From Elusimicrobiota bacterium (lineage in GTDB: Bacteria; Elusimicrobiota; Elusimicrobia; UBA1565; UBA9628): a stretch of 64,000 nucleotides of DNA. The DNA is taken from contig JACQPG010000050.1 of assembly GCA_016207665.1 (NCBI GenBank), positions 5,519-69,518 on the forward strand. The letters run 5' to 3'. Made by a program: the position numbers and the translations under genes. A model generated the notes under the pieces. It worked only from the letters and a program-made list of their open reading frames with translations, searched no databases and was not told the DNA's origin. This document shows, piece after piece, positions 25,339 to 34,934 of this stretch (position 1 is its first letter; each line of letters begins with the position of its first letter).

Positions 25339-26102
25339 GAGAGCGCCGAGGCGATGCGCCGGGCCAGGGATTCGAGAGTCGCCTCCGGCGCCTCTATGAT
25401 GCGGCGTACGCCGCGTAACCGAAGTTCGGCCGATGTCACGGGGCCGATGGAGGCCGCCTTGGCGTGCCGGAACATCCTCCGGCAACGGGCGGAGCCGAGC
25501 TGGGAAAACAGGGATTTGACGGCGGAGCCGGAAGTGAAGGCTACCACCGTGATCTCATTTTTAGCCGCGGCCTTGAGCTTGGGGAGGCCCGTCGGATCCG
25601 GAAGGGTCTGGTAAGCCTCCACGGCGGCGACCGATACCCTGTGCGAGCGCAAAACCCGCGGCAATTCCTCCCTCCCCTCCCTTGCGCGCGGCAAAAGCAC
25701 CCGGCGGGCGCCCGCGCGCAGTATCAGACGTGCGAGCTGCTCGGCGCGGAAGGTCTTGGGAATGACGGCCCGGCCGAGGGCGTGCGATCTCATAGCTCGG
25801 GCCGTGCCAGGTCCTACGGCGAAGAGCGCGTCGGGAAGCGCAGGCCGTCCCATTTTGCGCCAACGGCGCAGGAAGAACTCGACCGAATTTTGGCTGGCGA
25901 AAACCAAGGCATCATAACGGCCCAGGTTCTTGATCGCTCGATCCAAGGCCGCGTAGGACCTGGGCGGCGCGATGCGTATCATGGGAGCGAATACCAAGCG
26001 CGCTCCGGCGCGCGCGAGCGGCTCCGCCATGCGAAGGCTTCGCCGCCGCGGCTGGGTCAGGACCACCACGGGCCTGGATATCCGCGCGCGGCTATTCCCC
26101 AT
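25335..26102 (-). CDS. hemD: uroporphyrinogen-III synthase
   Basis: About 255 aa HemD-like two-domain protein (VVLTQP..., VAFTSGSAV). Start at the ATG at 26102. Confidence 0.65.
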   Translation of the reverse strand: MGNSRARISRPVVVLTQPRRRSLRMAEPLARAGARLVFAPMIRIAPPRSYAALDRAIKNLGRYDALVFASQNSVEFFLRRWRKMGRPALPDALFAVGPGTARAMRSHALGRAVIPKTFRAEQLARLILRAGARRVLLPRAREGREELPRVLRSHRVSVAAVEAYQTLPDPTGLPKLKAAAKNEITVVAFTSGSAVKSLFSQLGSARCRRMFRHAKAASIGPVTSAELRLRGVRRIIEAPEATLESLARRIASALS

Positions 26103-26140
26103 CACGAGGCATATTACCAAATGTTGTAAAATCAAAAACT

Positions 26141-26668
26141 ATGTCGGCCTGGCTCAAGAGGGAAGAGGCCTCTGGCTGGCCCGGAGCCTCCCGCTCCGAG
26201 CCGACGCTGGTCTCGCCCTACCTTTCGGAGGGCGCGATACTCCTTTTGCGCGAGCCGCAAGAGCGTTTCCAGGTGATGGAGGCGCTGGTGCGGCTGGGCT
26301 GCCAAGCCCACTCTCTCGACGGTTGGAGCGATTTCCTTTCCAAGATCAAGGACCGGGAGAAAGGGATCAGCACGACGCTCGACACGGGGCTTTCCCTGCC
26401 GCATGCCCGCATCGATGACCTCGACCGTATCGTCAGCGCGCTGGCGCTGCTGCCGCAAGGCCTCAAGGAGCCGGATCAGGGCGTCATGGTCAAGGCCATG
26501 TTCCTTTTCGTCTCGCCGAACAAGCAGCCGTTCTTCCCCCTTCATTTGCGGCTGCTGCGCGCGGTCTCGCTGTTGTTCCAGCCCGCGCTTATCGACGAGC
26601 TTGCGAGAGCGCAGAGCCCGGCCGAGGCCTTGACCCTCATCCGCTTAAGCGAGGGCCGAGGACGCTGA
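26141..26668 (+). CDS. PTS EIIA(Fru/Ntr-type) domain protein (PtsN-like)
   Basis: 175 aa. Motif GISTTLDTGLSLPHARI with conserved His; VKAMFLFVSP. Confidence 0.7.
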   Translation: MSAWLKREEASGWPGASRSEPTLVSPYLSEGAILLLREPQERFQVMEALVRLGCQAHSLDGWSDFLSKIKDREKGISTTLDTGLSLPHARIDDLDRIVSALALLPQGLKEPDQGVMVKAMFLFVSPNKQPFFPLHLRLLRAVSLLFQPALIDELARAQSPAEALTLIRLSEGRGR

Positions 26669-26669
26669 C

Positions 26670-27182
26670 ATGCCGGCATTGCGCATCACCAAGCAAGGAG
26701 AGCCGGTGCTCAAGAAGGTTTCCCAGCCGGTGGATTACGAGGCCATCCGGGAAAAGCTTCCCGCCTTGCTCAAGGACATGTGGGCGACCATGTACGCGGT
26801 CCGAGGTGTCGGGCTGGCCGCGCCGCAGATCGGGCTCAACATCCGGCTTTCCATCATCGACATCAAGCCGGGCGGCAAGTCCCGCCCGCTCGTGCTCATC
26901 AATCCGAAGATGCTTTCCAGCGAGGGCGAGCTGCGCGAGGAGGAGGGTTGCCTGTCGCTGCCCGGGATCTACGCCCGGATCATAAGGGCCTCTCGCGTGC
27001 GCATACGCGCTCTCGATGCCGAAGGCAAGCCTTACGAGATGTCCGGAGAGGGATTGCTGGCCCGGGCCTTCCAGCACGAGATTGACCATCTTGACGGCAA
27101 GTTGTTCATCGATCATCTGCCCTTCGAGGAGCGACTCAAGGTCATGGGCCTGATACGGGACCTGAAAAAGACTTGGAACTGA
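26670..27182 (+). CDS. def: peptide deformylase
   Basis: GVGLAAPQIG, EGCLSLPG, HEIDHLDG motifs. Confidence 0.95.
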   Translation: MPALRITKQGEPVLKKVSQPVDYEAIREKLPALLKDMWATMYAVRGVGLAAPQIGLNIRLSIIDIKPGGKSRPLVLINPKMLSSEGELREEEGCLSLPGIYARIIRASRVRIRALDAEGKPYEMSGEGLLARAFQHEIDHLDGKLFIDHLPFEERLKVMGLIRDLKKTWN

Positions 27183-27197
27183 CGCCTAGCCCATCGA

Positions 27198-28145
27198 ATG
27201 AAAGCCCTTTTTTACGGAACCCCGGCCGTGGCCGTCCCCTATCTCGAACTGCTGGCGCGGCGCGCGGAGCTGGTCGCGGTCGTGACGCAGCCGGACAGGC
27301 CCGCGGGCAGGGGCCTGGAACTGCGGCCCTCTCCGGTCAAGGCCAAAGCCCTCGAGCTGGGGCTGGCCGTCTTGCAGCCTGAGAAGCCCTCCGAGATCGT
27401 GGCTCGGCTGGCCGGTCTCAAGCCCGACCTGGCCGTGGTGGTGGCGTATGGCCGTATCCTCAAGCGGGACGCGCTTCTGGTCCCGAGGCTAGGCAGTTTG
27501 AACGTCCACTTCTCGCTGCTTCCCCGCTACCGCGGAGCGGCGCCGGTGCAATGGAGCCTCATACGCGGCGAGACCAAGACGGGCGTCACGCTGTTCTGGC
27601 TGGATGAGGGAATGGACACGGGCCCGGTTTTCCTTCAGAGAGAACAGGCCATCGATCCCGAGGATGACGCCCGCACTCTCATGGAAAAGCTGCAAGCCCT
27701 GGGCGTAGTCCTGCTCGGCGAGGCCCTGGATGAGATCGAAGCGGGGCGCCTGCCGCGCCGCGAGCAAAGCGGCGAGCCCTCGGCGGCCCCCTTGCTTCGC
27801 TCCTTGGACGCCCGTTTGGAGGTGGATCGCCCGGCGATCGAGTTGCATAACCGGGTCAGAGGGCTGGCCCTTGGTCCCAAGCCCTATTTGGAGCTGCGCG
27901 CGGGCGCCGGACTGACGAGATTGATCGTGCTCAAGACCAAGATCGGCGCGGGGCCGGGCGATGAAAAAGCGCCGCCCGGCGCTATCTTACGCGTTGATCC
28001 AGGCGCCGGTTTTTTGCTAAAATGCCGGACCAGCTGTTTGTGGCTCCTTTCAGTTCAACCTGAGGGAAAAAAGCCGGTAACTGCTGCGAATTTTCTTAAC
28101 GGCCTCCGCTTAGGAGCGGGGGACTTTTTGCCATTGTGTCTATAG
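27198..28145 (+). CDS. fmt: methionyl-tRNA formyltransferase
   Basis: N-terminal formyl-transferase domain (SLLPRYRGAAPVQWSLIRGE) and C-terminal domain. def-fmt synteny. Confidence 0.9.
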   Translation: MKALFYGTPAVAVPYLELLARRAELVAVVTQPDRPAGRGLELRPSPVKAKALELGLAVLQPEKPSEIVARLAGLKPDLAVVVAYGRILKRDALLVPRLGSLNVHFSLLPRYRGAAPVQWSLIRGETKTGVTLFWLDEGMDTGPVFLQREQAIDPEDDARTLMEKLQALGVVLLGEALDEIEAGRLPRREQSGEPSAAPLLRSLDARLEVDRPAIELHNRVRGLALGPKPYLELRAGAGLTRLIVLKTKIGAGPGDEKAPPGAILRVDPGAGFLLKCRTSCLWLLSVQPEGKKPVTAANFLNGLRLGAGDFLPLCL

Positions 28146-29149
28146 ACGATAACGAAGCCGCCACGTCGACCAGCGAGCCGGAGATCGAAACATCCGGCCC
28201 TCGCATGGTGGGCCGTTGGGAAATGATCGGGATCGCCTTGGTCTTGGCCGGCTTGGCCCTGTATCTGTTTCAGTGGGCCCTCGAGGGCGCCATACATAGC
28301 CGCGGCGCGCAGACCGTCCCCGACCTCAAGGGGAAATCCGTCACGGCCGCCCTGGAGATGCTGTCGGCCCTTAATCTCGGTCTGAAAAAGGAAAGCGCCG
28401 AATTCAACAGCTCCGTTCCCATAGCCTCGGTGATCCGCCAAGATCCCCCCGGCGGAACCGTGGTGCGCGAGGGAAAGATCATCAGGATCGTCGTCAGCCA
28501 GGGCGGCGAGACCGTGCTCACGCCCGGGGTGGCGGGCTTGCCTCTGCGAAACGCGGAGATGCTGCTGCGCCAGAACCAGCTGCTCTTGGGCGAGGTGGGC
28601 GAGAGCTATTCCCTGCGTCATTCCAAGGGAGTGGTATTGTCCCAGGATCCCAAGGCCGAATCAAGCGTCGAGCGCAACTCATTGGTCAACGTGGTCGTCT
28701 CGGACGGGCCGCCTCCGGCGGGAGTCGTTCTCATGCCCGATTTCCTCCGCAAGAACATCAGCGAGGCGCGTTCCTGGGCCGCGGGCGCGGAAGTCCAGGT
28801 CAAGGAATCCAAGGATTCCGCCTCGCTCTTCCCTTTCGGCACGATACTGAGCCAGGATCCCCAGCCGGACGCGGTCTTGAGCGCCGGCTCCAGGGTCTCT
28901 TTCGTGATCAGCGGGCGCTCCGGCAAGCCCGGCGAAGGACCGGCTACCCAAAATTTCAGCTACGAGCTTCCGCCGGGCGGCAGCGAGAGCTTGGTCCGCA
29001 TCGTGGTGGTGGATAAATACGGCGAACGCGAGCTCTTCAACGGCCTGCGCAAGCCCGGATCGAAAATCGATCTTCCCCTTCAGGAATCCGGAGGCGCTCG
29101 GATGAAGATCTATCTCAACGGCATCCTCGTCGAGGAGCGGGATCTGTGA
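28136..29149 (+). CDS. membrane-anchored PASTA-repeat protein (no kinase or PBP domain)
   Basis: TM MIGIALVLAGLALYLF, then three PASTA-like repeats (VPDLKGKSVTAALEML..., LTPGVAGLPLRNAEMLL..., VLMPDFLRKNISEARSW...). Confidence 0.7.
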   Translation: MSIDDNEAATSTSEPEIETSGPRMVGRWEMIGIALVLAGLALYLFQWALEGAIHSRGAQTVPDLKGKSVTAALEMLSALNLGLKKESAEFNSSVPIASVIRQDPPGGTVVREGKIIRIVVSQGGETVLTPGVAGLPLRNAEMLLRQNQLLLGEVGESYSLRHSKGVVLSQDPKAESSVERNSLVNVVVSDGPPPAGVVLMPDFLRKNISEARSWAAGAEVQVKESKDSASLFPFGTILSQDPQPDAVLSAGSRVSFVISGRSGKPGEGPATQNFSYELPPGGSESLVRIVVVDKYGERELFNGLRKPGSKIDLPLQESGGARMKIYLNGILVEERDL

Positions 29150-29823
29150 TGACCGCCGGGCGCAAGACCCTGGAGATCGTGCCGTCCTTGCTGGCGGCCG
29201 ATCTCTCGCGGATGGGAGAGCTGGTCGCGCAGGTGAGATCGGCCGGGATGCGTTGGATATCGGTCGACGTGATGGACGGCCATTTCGTCCCCAATTTGAG
29301 CTTCGGCCCGGACCATGTGCGCATGGTCAAGGCTTTAGGCGTTCCCGTGGTCGACGCCCATCTGATGGTGGACAATCCCGGACGGGCCGTCCCCTGGTTC
29401 ATCGACGCGGGAGCCGACTTCGTGACCATACACGCGGAGTCTTGCGCCGACCCGGGACCCGTGCTGGCGGCCATCCGCAAGAGCGGAGCCAAGGCTGGCC
29501 TCGCCGTCAAGCCCGCCACGGCCGCCTCCGCCCTCACGCCGTGGCTGGCCTCGATCGACCTGGCTCTGATCATGACCGTCGAGCCCGGTTTCGGCGGAGC
29601 CAGGTTCCTTTCCGGCATGCTGCCCAAGATCAAGGCCGTCCGCCAGGCCATCGACGCCGGCGGCCATGATTGCTGGCTCCAGGTCGATGGGGGCATCAAT
29701 TCCGAGACCATCGTGGCGGCCGCGCAGGCCGGCGCGGACAGCTTGGTGGCGGGAAGCGCCGTTTTCGGCGCTTCCGACCCCGCCTCGGCCTTCAAGGGGC
29801 TGCGGGAAAAGATTTCAGTCTAG
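29146..29823 (+). CDS. rpe: ribulose-phosphate 3-epimerase
   Basis: SLLAADLSRMGE, VDVMDGHFVPNLSFG, VDGGIN motifs. GTGA overlap with the upstream gene. Confidence 0.9.
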   Translation: MMTAGRKTLEIVPSLLAADLSRMGELVAQVRSAGMRWISVDVMDGHFVPNLSFGPDHVRMVKALGVPVVDAHLMVDNPGRAVPWFIDAGADFVTIHAESCADPGPVLAAIRKSGAKAGLAVKPATAASALTPWLASIDLALIMTVEPGFGGARFLSGMLPKIKAVRQAIDAGGHDCWLQVDGGINSETIVAAAQAGADSLVAGSAVFGASDPASAFKGLREKISV

Positions 29824-29847
29824 ACGTCAGATATCAGGAGGTTGTTC

Positions 29848-30090
29848 ATGGCAGTCGTCATCAGGTTGCAGCGTACGGGCAAGCCCAAGCAGGCCTATTA
29901 TCGGGTCGTGGCCATCGAGAAATCGCGAGGCGCGGCCGGGAAGCCCTTGGAGGTGCTCGGTTCCTACAATCCGCGGGCCGATGTTCCGGCCAAGAAGGTC
30001 CAGCTCAATCGGGACCGCTTCGATCATTGGGTCAAGAACGGGGCTCTTCCGTCCGATACCGTCGCCCAGCTCGTCAAGAACGCGGGCTAG
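29848..30090 (+). CDS. rpsP: 30S ribosomal protein S16
   Basis: MAVVIRLQRTGKPKQAYYRVVA... Start at the ATG at 29848, 7 nt after AGGAGG. Confidence 0.9.
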   Translation: MAVVIRLQRTGKPKQAYYRVVAIEKSRGAAGKPLEVLGSYNPRADVPAKKVQLNRDRFDHWVKNGALPSDTVAQLVKNAG

Positions 30091-30095
30091 AGCTG

Positions 30096-30329
30096 ATGGC
30101 AGCGAAGGATTTGGTGCTCTTCGTAGTCAAGCGCCTAGCCGGCCAGCCGGACCGGGTCGAGCTCAAGGAGAGCGAGCAGGACGGCGTTCTCCAGCTCCAG
30201 CTCGTGGTTGCCGAGGAGGACAAGGGAAAGATCATCGGCAAGCAGGGAAAGGTGATCAAGGCCATACGGGCGATCGCGGCGGCGGCCGAGTCCAAGCCCG
30301 GCCGCAAAGTGTCGGTGGATATCGATTAA
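30096..30329 (+). CDS. KH-domain RNA-binding protein (UPF0109/YlqC-like)
   Basis: 77 aa with GKIIGKQGKVIKAIR (GxxG KH motif). Conserved position between rpsP and trmD. Confidence 0.8.
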   Translation: MAAKDLVLFVVKRLAGQPDRVELKESEQDGVLQLQLVVAEEDKGKIIGKQGKVIKAIRAIAAAAESKPGRKVSVDID

Positions 30330-30333
30330 GCGC

Positions 30334-31023
30334 ATGAGGATAGACTTCGTCACCCTATTCCCCTCGCTCTTTAGCGAGGCCGCCGGCACCGGATTGATGC
30401 GGCGGGCCGGCGAGAAGGGGCGCTTGCGCATCGGGGTGGTCAACCCTCGCGATTTCGCCTCGGACAGGCATAGGCGCGTCGACGACAGGCCTTATGGCGG
30501 CGGGGCCGGAATGGTGCTCATGGCCGAGCCTTTATACCAGGCCATCAAGAGCGTCGGCCGGCGCGGCAGCCATGTGATAGGCCTGTCGGCCGCGGGACGG
30601 CCTTTCGATTGCGAGACCGCCATGCGTCTGTCCCGAAAGAGACATTTGATCCTCGTCTGCGGCCGCTACGAGGGCATAGATCACCGGGTTTCGAGGCTCT
30701 TTGACGAGGAGATTTCCATAGGAGATTATGTGCTCAGCGGCGGCGAATTGGCCGCCCTGGTCGTGGCGGACGCGGTGACCCGGTTGGTGCCGGGCGTCAT
30801 CGAGAAGGAACAGTCCCGCCTTCAGGAATCGTTCCTGAGCGAAGGTTTGGACTATCCCCAGTATACGCGGCCCCCGGTTTGGCGGGGAAGACGGGTTCCA
30901 TCCGTGCTCCTCTCGGGCGATCATAAGCGCATCGCCGATTGGAGGCGACGGCAAAGCTTGATTTTGACGCAAAAACGGCGGCCCGATTTGTTGAGCGGCA
31001 AGCGAAAGCAGTTATCACATTAA
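30334..31023 (+). CDS. trmD: tRNA (guanine37-N1)-methyltransferase
   Basis: [10 protein letters not shown]...[11 protein letters not shown]...GDYVLSGGE TrmD signature. Confidence 0.9.
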   Translation: MRIDFVTLFPSLFSEAAGTGLMRRAGEKGRLRIGVVNPRDFASDRHRRVDDRPYGGGAGMVLMAEPLYQAIKSVGRRGSHVIGLSAAGRPFDCETAMRLSRKRHLILVCGRYEGIDHRVSRLFDEEISIGDYVLSGGELAALVVADAVTRLVPGVIEKEQSRLQESFLSEGLDYPQYTRPPVWRGRRVPSVLLSGDHKRIADWRRRQSLILTQKRRPDLLSGKRKQLSH

Positions 31024-31036
31024 CTTAGGAGTCAAT

Positions 31037-31519
31037 ATGGTGGCAGAACCGTTGGAGAAGAAGAAGGATGTGCCGGAATTTAGGCCCGGGGACACGGTCC
31101 GGGTCTTCATCAAGGTCGTGGAAGGCGAGAGCGAGCGCATTCAGGCCTTCGAGGGAACGGTGATCAGCCGCCGTGGAGCGGGCCTCTCGCAGACCTTTAC
31201 GGTCCGCAAGATCTCGTTCGGCGTGGGCGTGGAGAGGACTTTCCCCTTGTTCTCGCCGCATATCGACCGCATTGAGGTGGTCAAATCCGGCCGGGTGCGT
31301 CGCGCCCGCCTCTATTATCTTAGGGGTCTCTCCGGCAAGGCCGCCCGCCTGAGCGAGGAGGACGGCAAGAAGGCGGAATCGGCCGCGCCTTCCTCCTCCG
31401 CGACTCCTGCCGCGGACGCCAAGCCCGAGTCGCAATCCAATTCGACCCATACCGACAAGGCCGCCAAGAGCCGCCCCGCGGGAGCTACTCGAGCCTTGGG
31501 AGCCGCGTCCTCCTCCTGA
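31037..31519 (+). CDS. rplS: 50S ribosomal protein L19 with low-complexity C-terminal extension
   Basis: L19 core (FRPGDTVRV...[10 protein letters not shown]...TFTVRKIS) plus an Ala/Ser/Lys-rich tail of about 40 aa. Confidence 0.9.
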   Translation: MVAEPLEKKKDVPEFRPGDTVRVFIKVVEGESERIQAFEGTVISRRGAGLSQTFTVRKISFGVGVERTFPLFSPHIDRIEVVKSGRVRRARLYYLRGLSGKAARLSEEDGKKAESAAPSSSATPAADAKPESQSNSTHTDKAAKSRPAGATRALGAASSS

Positions 31520-31525
31520 CGCACG

Positions 31526-32167
31526 GTGAATCCGGGCAGCGTCTTCGACGCCGGCGTGCGGTCTCGCGCCGGGGCCCTGGATCTGATCGGCGTGGACGAG
31601 GCCGGCCGCGGACCTCTGGCCGGACCGGTGGTCGTGGCCGCCGTTCTATTGGGCGACGGCCTGGCGGATGAGCTCTCGGGAGTGCGCGACTCGAAGCGGC
31701 TCTCCCATCGTCAGCGGGAGGCCCTTTACCTTCCCATCCGCCGCAGCGCGCGCGCCATCGCCATCGCCTGGTCCCACCCCCGTCAAATCGAGCGGTTGAA
31801 TATACTGCGGGCTACTCTTAGCGCCATGAGGCGCGCGGTCTTGAGGACTCTTAGGTTCTCAACGCGGGAGAGGCGCCCGTTCGTTCTGGTCGACGGCAAC
31901 CGCTGCATTCCGGACTTGCCGGCTCCCCAGATGGCGGTCATCGACGGCGACGATCGGTCCCTGGCGGTCGGCTGCGCCAGCATCATCGCCAAGGTGTTCC
32001 GCGACCGATGCATGGCGCGGCTCGACCGTCGCTATCCGGGCTACGGGCTGGCGCAGAACAAGGGCTATGGGACCGAGGAACATCTGCGCGCGCTCCAACG
32101 GCTTGGCCCCAGCCCCATACATCGCAGGACTTACGCTCCGGTCCAGGAGCTGCTGCTCCCCGTCTAG
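31526..32167 (+). CDS. rnhB: ribonuclease HII
   Basis: GVDEAGRGPLAGPVVVAAV; GTG start. Confidence 0.85.
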   Translation: MNPGSVFDAGVRSRAGALDLIGVDEAGRGPLAGPVVVAAVLLGDGLADELSGVRDSKRLSHRQREALYLPIRRSARAIAIAWSHPRQIERLNILRATLSAMRRAVLRTLRFSTRERRPFVLVDGNRCIPDLPAPQMAVIDGDDRSLAVGCASIIAKVFRDRCMARLDRRYPGYGLAQNKGYGTEEHLRALQRLGPSPIHRRTYAPVQELLLPV

Positions 32168-32200
32168 GGAACTTTTCCGCGTCTCGATCGTATCCCATTC

Positions 32201-32557
32201 ATGCGGGATATCGGCCGGATTGCGGAGCATCGCGCCGCTCGATGGCTCGAGGACAAAGGCCATCTCATCCTGGCGCGCAATTGGCGCTCGGTTTTCGGCG
32301 AGATCGACATCATCATGAAGGACGGGGACTGCCTCGTCCTCGTCGAGGTGCGTTACCGGGCCCGCGCGGACTACGGTACTCCCGGTGAGACCGTAAACTG
32401 GTGGAAGCAGCGGCGCATCATCAAGACGGCCTTGATTTATATGCTGGACCTAGGCTGGGAAGGGCCCGTAAGGTTCGACGTGTTGGCGATGGGCCCCGAA
32501 GGGATCGAGCATATAAAGGATGCCTTTCAGCCTGGTCAGCGGCTGCCCTTCAGATAG
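32201..32557 (+). CDS. yraN: YraN-family (UPF0102) endonuclease-like protein
   Basis: 118 aa. GEIDIIMKDGDCLVLVEVRYR fits the UPF0102 pattern. rnhB-yraN synteny. Confidence 0.8.
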   Translation: MRDIGRIAEHRAARWLEDKGHLILARNWRSVFGEIDIIMKDGDCLVLVEVRYRARADYGTPGETVNWWKQRRIIKTALIYMLDLGWEGPVRFDVLAMGPEGIEHIKDAFQPGQRLPFR

Positions 32558-34062
32558 CTTTGTAGCTCGTCCAGGCTCATTTCCGAGACGCTCTTGCGCC
32601 CGGATTTCTCGTTTTCCCCGGCCGTGGACTTGGGTTCGGACGCGGGTTTGGGCGCTGCCACGGCCTGAGGAGCGGGCATGGGCCTGGGCGGCGCGCTGGT
32701 GGGAATGGCCGCCGTCGGAGTCGGCTCCGGCGACTGGGCGGCCGAGGGAGCCGGCTTTGCCGGAGCGGCCGAGGGAGCCGGCTTTGCCGGAGCGGCCGAG
32801 GGCGGCGTCTTCTGCGGTGCCGCTATAGGAGCGGGCTCTTCCTGCGCTTCGGAGCTCGCCGTGCTAGGCTCGGCCTCCGCTTGTGACGGGGCTGGCTCGG
32901 CCGGCATGGCGCCCCGCGCTCTTTCCCGGCGCGTTCGCGGCGCCGGTCTATTCGACGCCGGCTTGGGCATCGGCCGCCCGGCTATCGGAGCCTTGGCCCA
33001 TAGTCGATAAGCCGGCGCTTCTATCGCCATTCCCTCGAGCGCTTCGGCCAGCCTCAGATTCTTGCCTCCCCAGCGCGAGGCCTTGAGCGCGTCGAGATCA
33101 TGCCAGGAATTGAAATCCAAGGGCTTGATCGTCTGTTCGCGCAAATCGACTTGGAACGAGCGATCCTCCTCCGGAGCTCCCCTCCAATATCTCGCCTTGA
33201 CCGAGACCCGATATATCTCGGTCGATCCGGAGACCGCGTCGGCTTCCCACGCCAGCCGGTGATTGGCCTTAAGGAAACGACGGCCCAGAACGGCCCATTT
33301 TTCCTTGTCCTTGAGAATCTCGCTTTCCCCATCCTTGATCTTGCGGCCCTGTTTATCCAAGGCTTGGCTGGCCGACACCGCGAGAGCGGCCAGGGCCCGC
33401 CGCTCGTAGTATTCCCCGAGCGACTTGGGCGCCGACCAGCGCGAGGGACTGAGCGCGTCGGCGGCATTGGACGGCATGCGCGGCCCGGGGCGAGGCAGCG
33501 GGAAGGCGCGCGCGGAATCGATGGAGCGCTGGCGGCCTTGCTCCAAGGCGAGCTCCTGAGGGCTGGGCTGAGCCGGGGTCTCGACGGGAGAGGCCGGCTC
33601 GCTCGAGGCCGCGAGGGGCCCGTCCTGCCGCGGCAGGTCTCGGCTGGGAGAGGGTCTGCGCGTGATGTAATAGCCCATTCCCACGCCGAAGAGCGCGATG
33701 AACACCGCGGCCCAGGTGGAGCTGGACCAACGCGGCAATCCGATGCTTCCGCGCGGAGTCACGGTCGAGGGTCCGGGTTTGACCGCCTTCTCCGGCTCGG
33801 GTTGAGCCGAATCGGCCGCCGGCTCGGCCTTGGCGGGAGACTGAGCCGCCTTGAGGGGTTTGGGCGAGGGGGCCGGCTCGTTCCTTTCGCTCTTGCTGCC
33901 TGGCGGCCTAATGAGATAGTACTGCGCCGGTTTCCATTGGTCGGGGCTTTCGGTCCCTTCGGGGCAAATCAGGGTCTCGGGCGTGAATCCCTGGAGCTTC
34001 TTGAGCTCCTCGGCCTCGTAGGGACCTTGGGGCTGCTGGCCGTCGAACATCCAGTATTTCAT
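32536..34062 (-). CDS. membrane protein with N-terminal GYF/DUF4339-like cytoplasmic domain, one TM and Pro/Ala-rich repetitive periplasmic region
   Basis: 508 aa. N-terminus MKYWMFDGQQPQGPYEAEELKKL, TM WAAVFIALFGVGMGYYI, repeats PSAAPAKPA encoded by a 27-bp tandem repeat. Confidence 0.6.
   Translation of the reverse strand: MKYWMFDGQQPQGPYEAEELKKLQGFTPETLICPEGTESPDQWKPAQYYLIRPPGSKSERNEPAPSPKPLKAAQSPAKAEPAADSAQPEPEKAVKPGPSTVTPRGSIGLPRWSSSTWAAVFIALFGVGMGYYITRRPSPSRDLPRQDGPLAASSEPASPVETPAQPSPQELALEQGRQRSIDSARAFPLPRPGPRMPSNAADALSPSRWSAPKSLGEYYERRALAALAVSASQALDKQGRKIKDGESEILKDKEKWAVLGRRFLKANHRLAWEADAVSGSTEIYRVSVKARYWRGAPEEDRSFQVDLREQTIKPLDFNSWHDLDALKASRWGGKNLRLAEALEGMAIEAPAYRLWAKAPIAGRPMPKPASNRPAPRTRRERARGAMPAEPAPSQAEAEPSTASSEAQEEPAPIAAPQKTPPSAAPAKPAPSAAPAKPAPSAAQSPEPTPTAAIPTSAPPRPMPAPQAVAAPKPASEPKSTAGENEKSGRKSVSEMSLDELQSYLKGSR
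32741..32802. repeat. 27-bp tandem direct repeat (2 perfect copies + partial third) inside coding sequence
   Basis: gccgagggagccggctttgccggagcg repeated at 32741-32767 and 32768-32794, then a diverging partial copy. Encodes PAKPAPSAA repeats on the minus strand. Confidence 0.8.
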
Positions 34063-34934
34063 GGTTCCATTTTGATCGTGGGTCCCCGATCGGCGGACAC
34101 CACGGCCACCGTGATCTCTCCCCTTTCTCCGATGGGTTGTATCTCCAATTCGATCCGATTGGCATTGATCAGCAGGAAGCGCGAAAAATAGCGCTTGAGA
34201 AGGGCGGCCCGGGACTTAGCGAAACGGCTCTGAGGCTGCTCATCGTAGAGGATCATCTTGCAGGCCTTTTGACGCAGGTCCGTGCGCCGCAGCGCCCTGC
34301 CCATGGCCTCGAGAAACGGCTCCGCCTCCGAGCGCAGCGCCGGTTTGTCCGGTTCGAATAGCAAGGAATTGGCAGCCTCGAGATGGATGTCCCCTAAGTA
34401 CTGCTTCACCGCCAAGGATTTCAGGGCGATAGGCTCGCTGGCCACGACAAACGATCCTTCCGCGCGCTTGCCGGTGAAGCGAAAATGATAAGGCCGGCCC
34501 ACCCGGGCGGCCTGGCGTCCCTCCTGATCCGATCCGCTCCACTCTATCCGTTCCTTGAGCGGACCCTGGCCCTCCGTCTTCCAGAGCACCTGGCCCCCAT
34601 CGAGCACCTCGAACACCCAGCTCTCGTAAGGAGAGGCGATGGAACGCGGCGAAAGGCTGAGATAAGGCGGTTCCGGGAATGGCTGCTCCAGCCGGGAAAA
34701 CCGCGCTTGAACCTTGACCTCCGGGGTCTTGATCTCCACCGGCTTCTTGTAGATGTCGAGAGTGCGCACCACCTCGTCGATCACGGCGGGCGATACCTCG
34801 GGCTGGGGCAGCTGCACCGGAGGACCGCTCGAACCTCGCGACTTGATCGTGATCTTCTGCCGTATCTGCGAGGTTTCCGGCTCCGAGGCGGTCGAGGCCG
34901 CCAGAAGAACCGCCGAAAGCGCGATGATCATCAT
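34059..34934 (-). CDS. periplasmic protein with degenerate C-terminal OmpA-like domain (Pal/MotB-like)
   Basis: Signal peptide MMIIALSAVLLAASTASE. C-terminal region LLFEPDKPALRSEAEPFLEAMGRALRR...ILYDEQPQSRFAKSRAALLKRYF...RIELEIQPIGE follows the OmpA_C pattern but lacks the GHTD motif. ATGA overlap with exbD2. Confidence 0.5.
   Translation of the reverse strand: MMIIALSAVLLAASTASEPETSQIRQKITIKSRGSSGPPVQLPQPEVSPAVIDEVVRTLDIYKKPVEIKTPEVKVQARFSRLEQPFPEPPYLSLSPRSIASPYESWVFEVLDGGQVLWKTEGQGPLKERIEWSGSDQEGRQAARVGRPYHFRFTGKRAEGSFVVASEPIALKSLAVKQYLGDIHLEAANSLLFEPDKPALRSEAEPFLEAMGRALRRTDLRQKACKMILYDEQPQSRFAKSRAALLKRYFSRFLLINANRIELEIQPIGERGEITVAVVSADRGPTIKMEP

Noticed and set aside
26132-26545. 137-aa minus-strand ORF overlapping the PTS-IIA-like gene
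   Set aside because: The plus-strand frame carries a clear EIIA domain (GISTTLDTGLSLPHARI). The minus-strand translation has no recognisable features, and hemD ends its upstream region at 26102.
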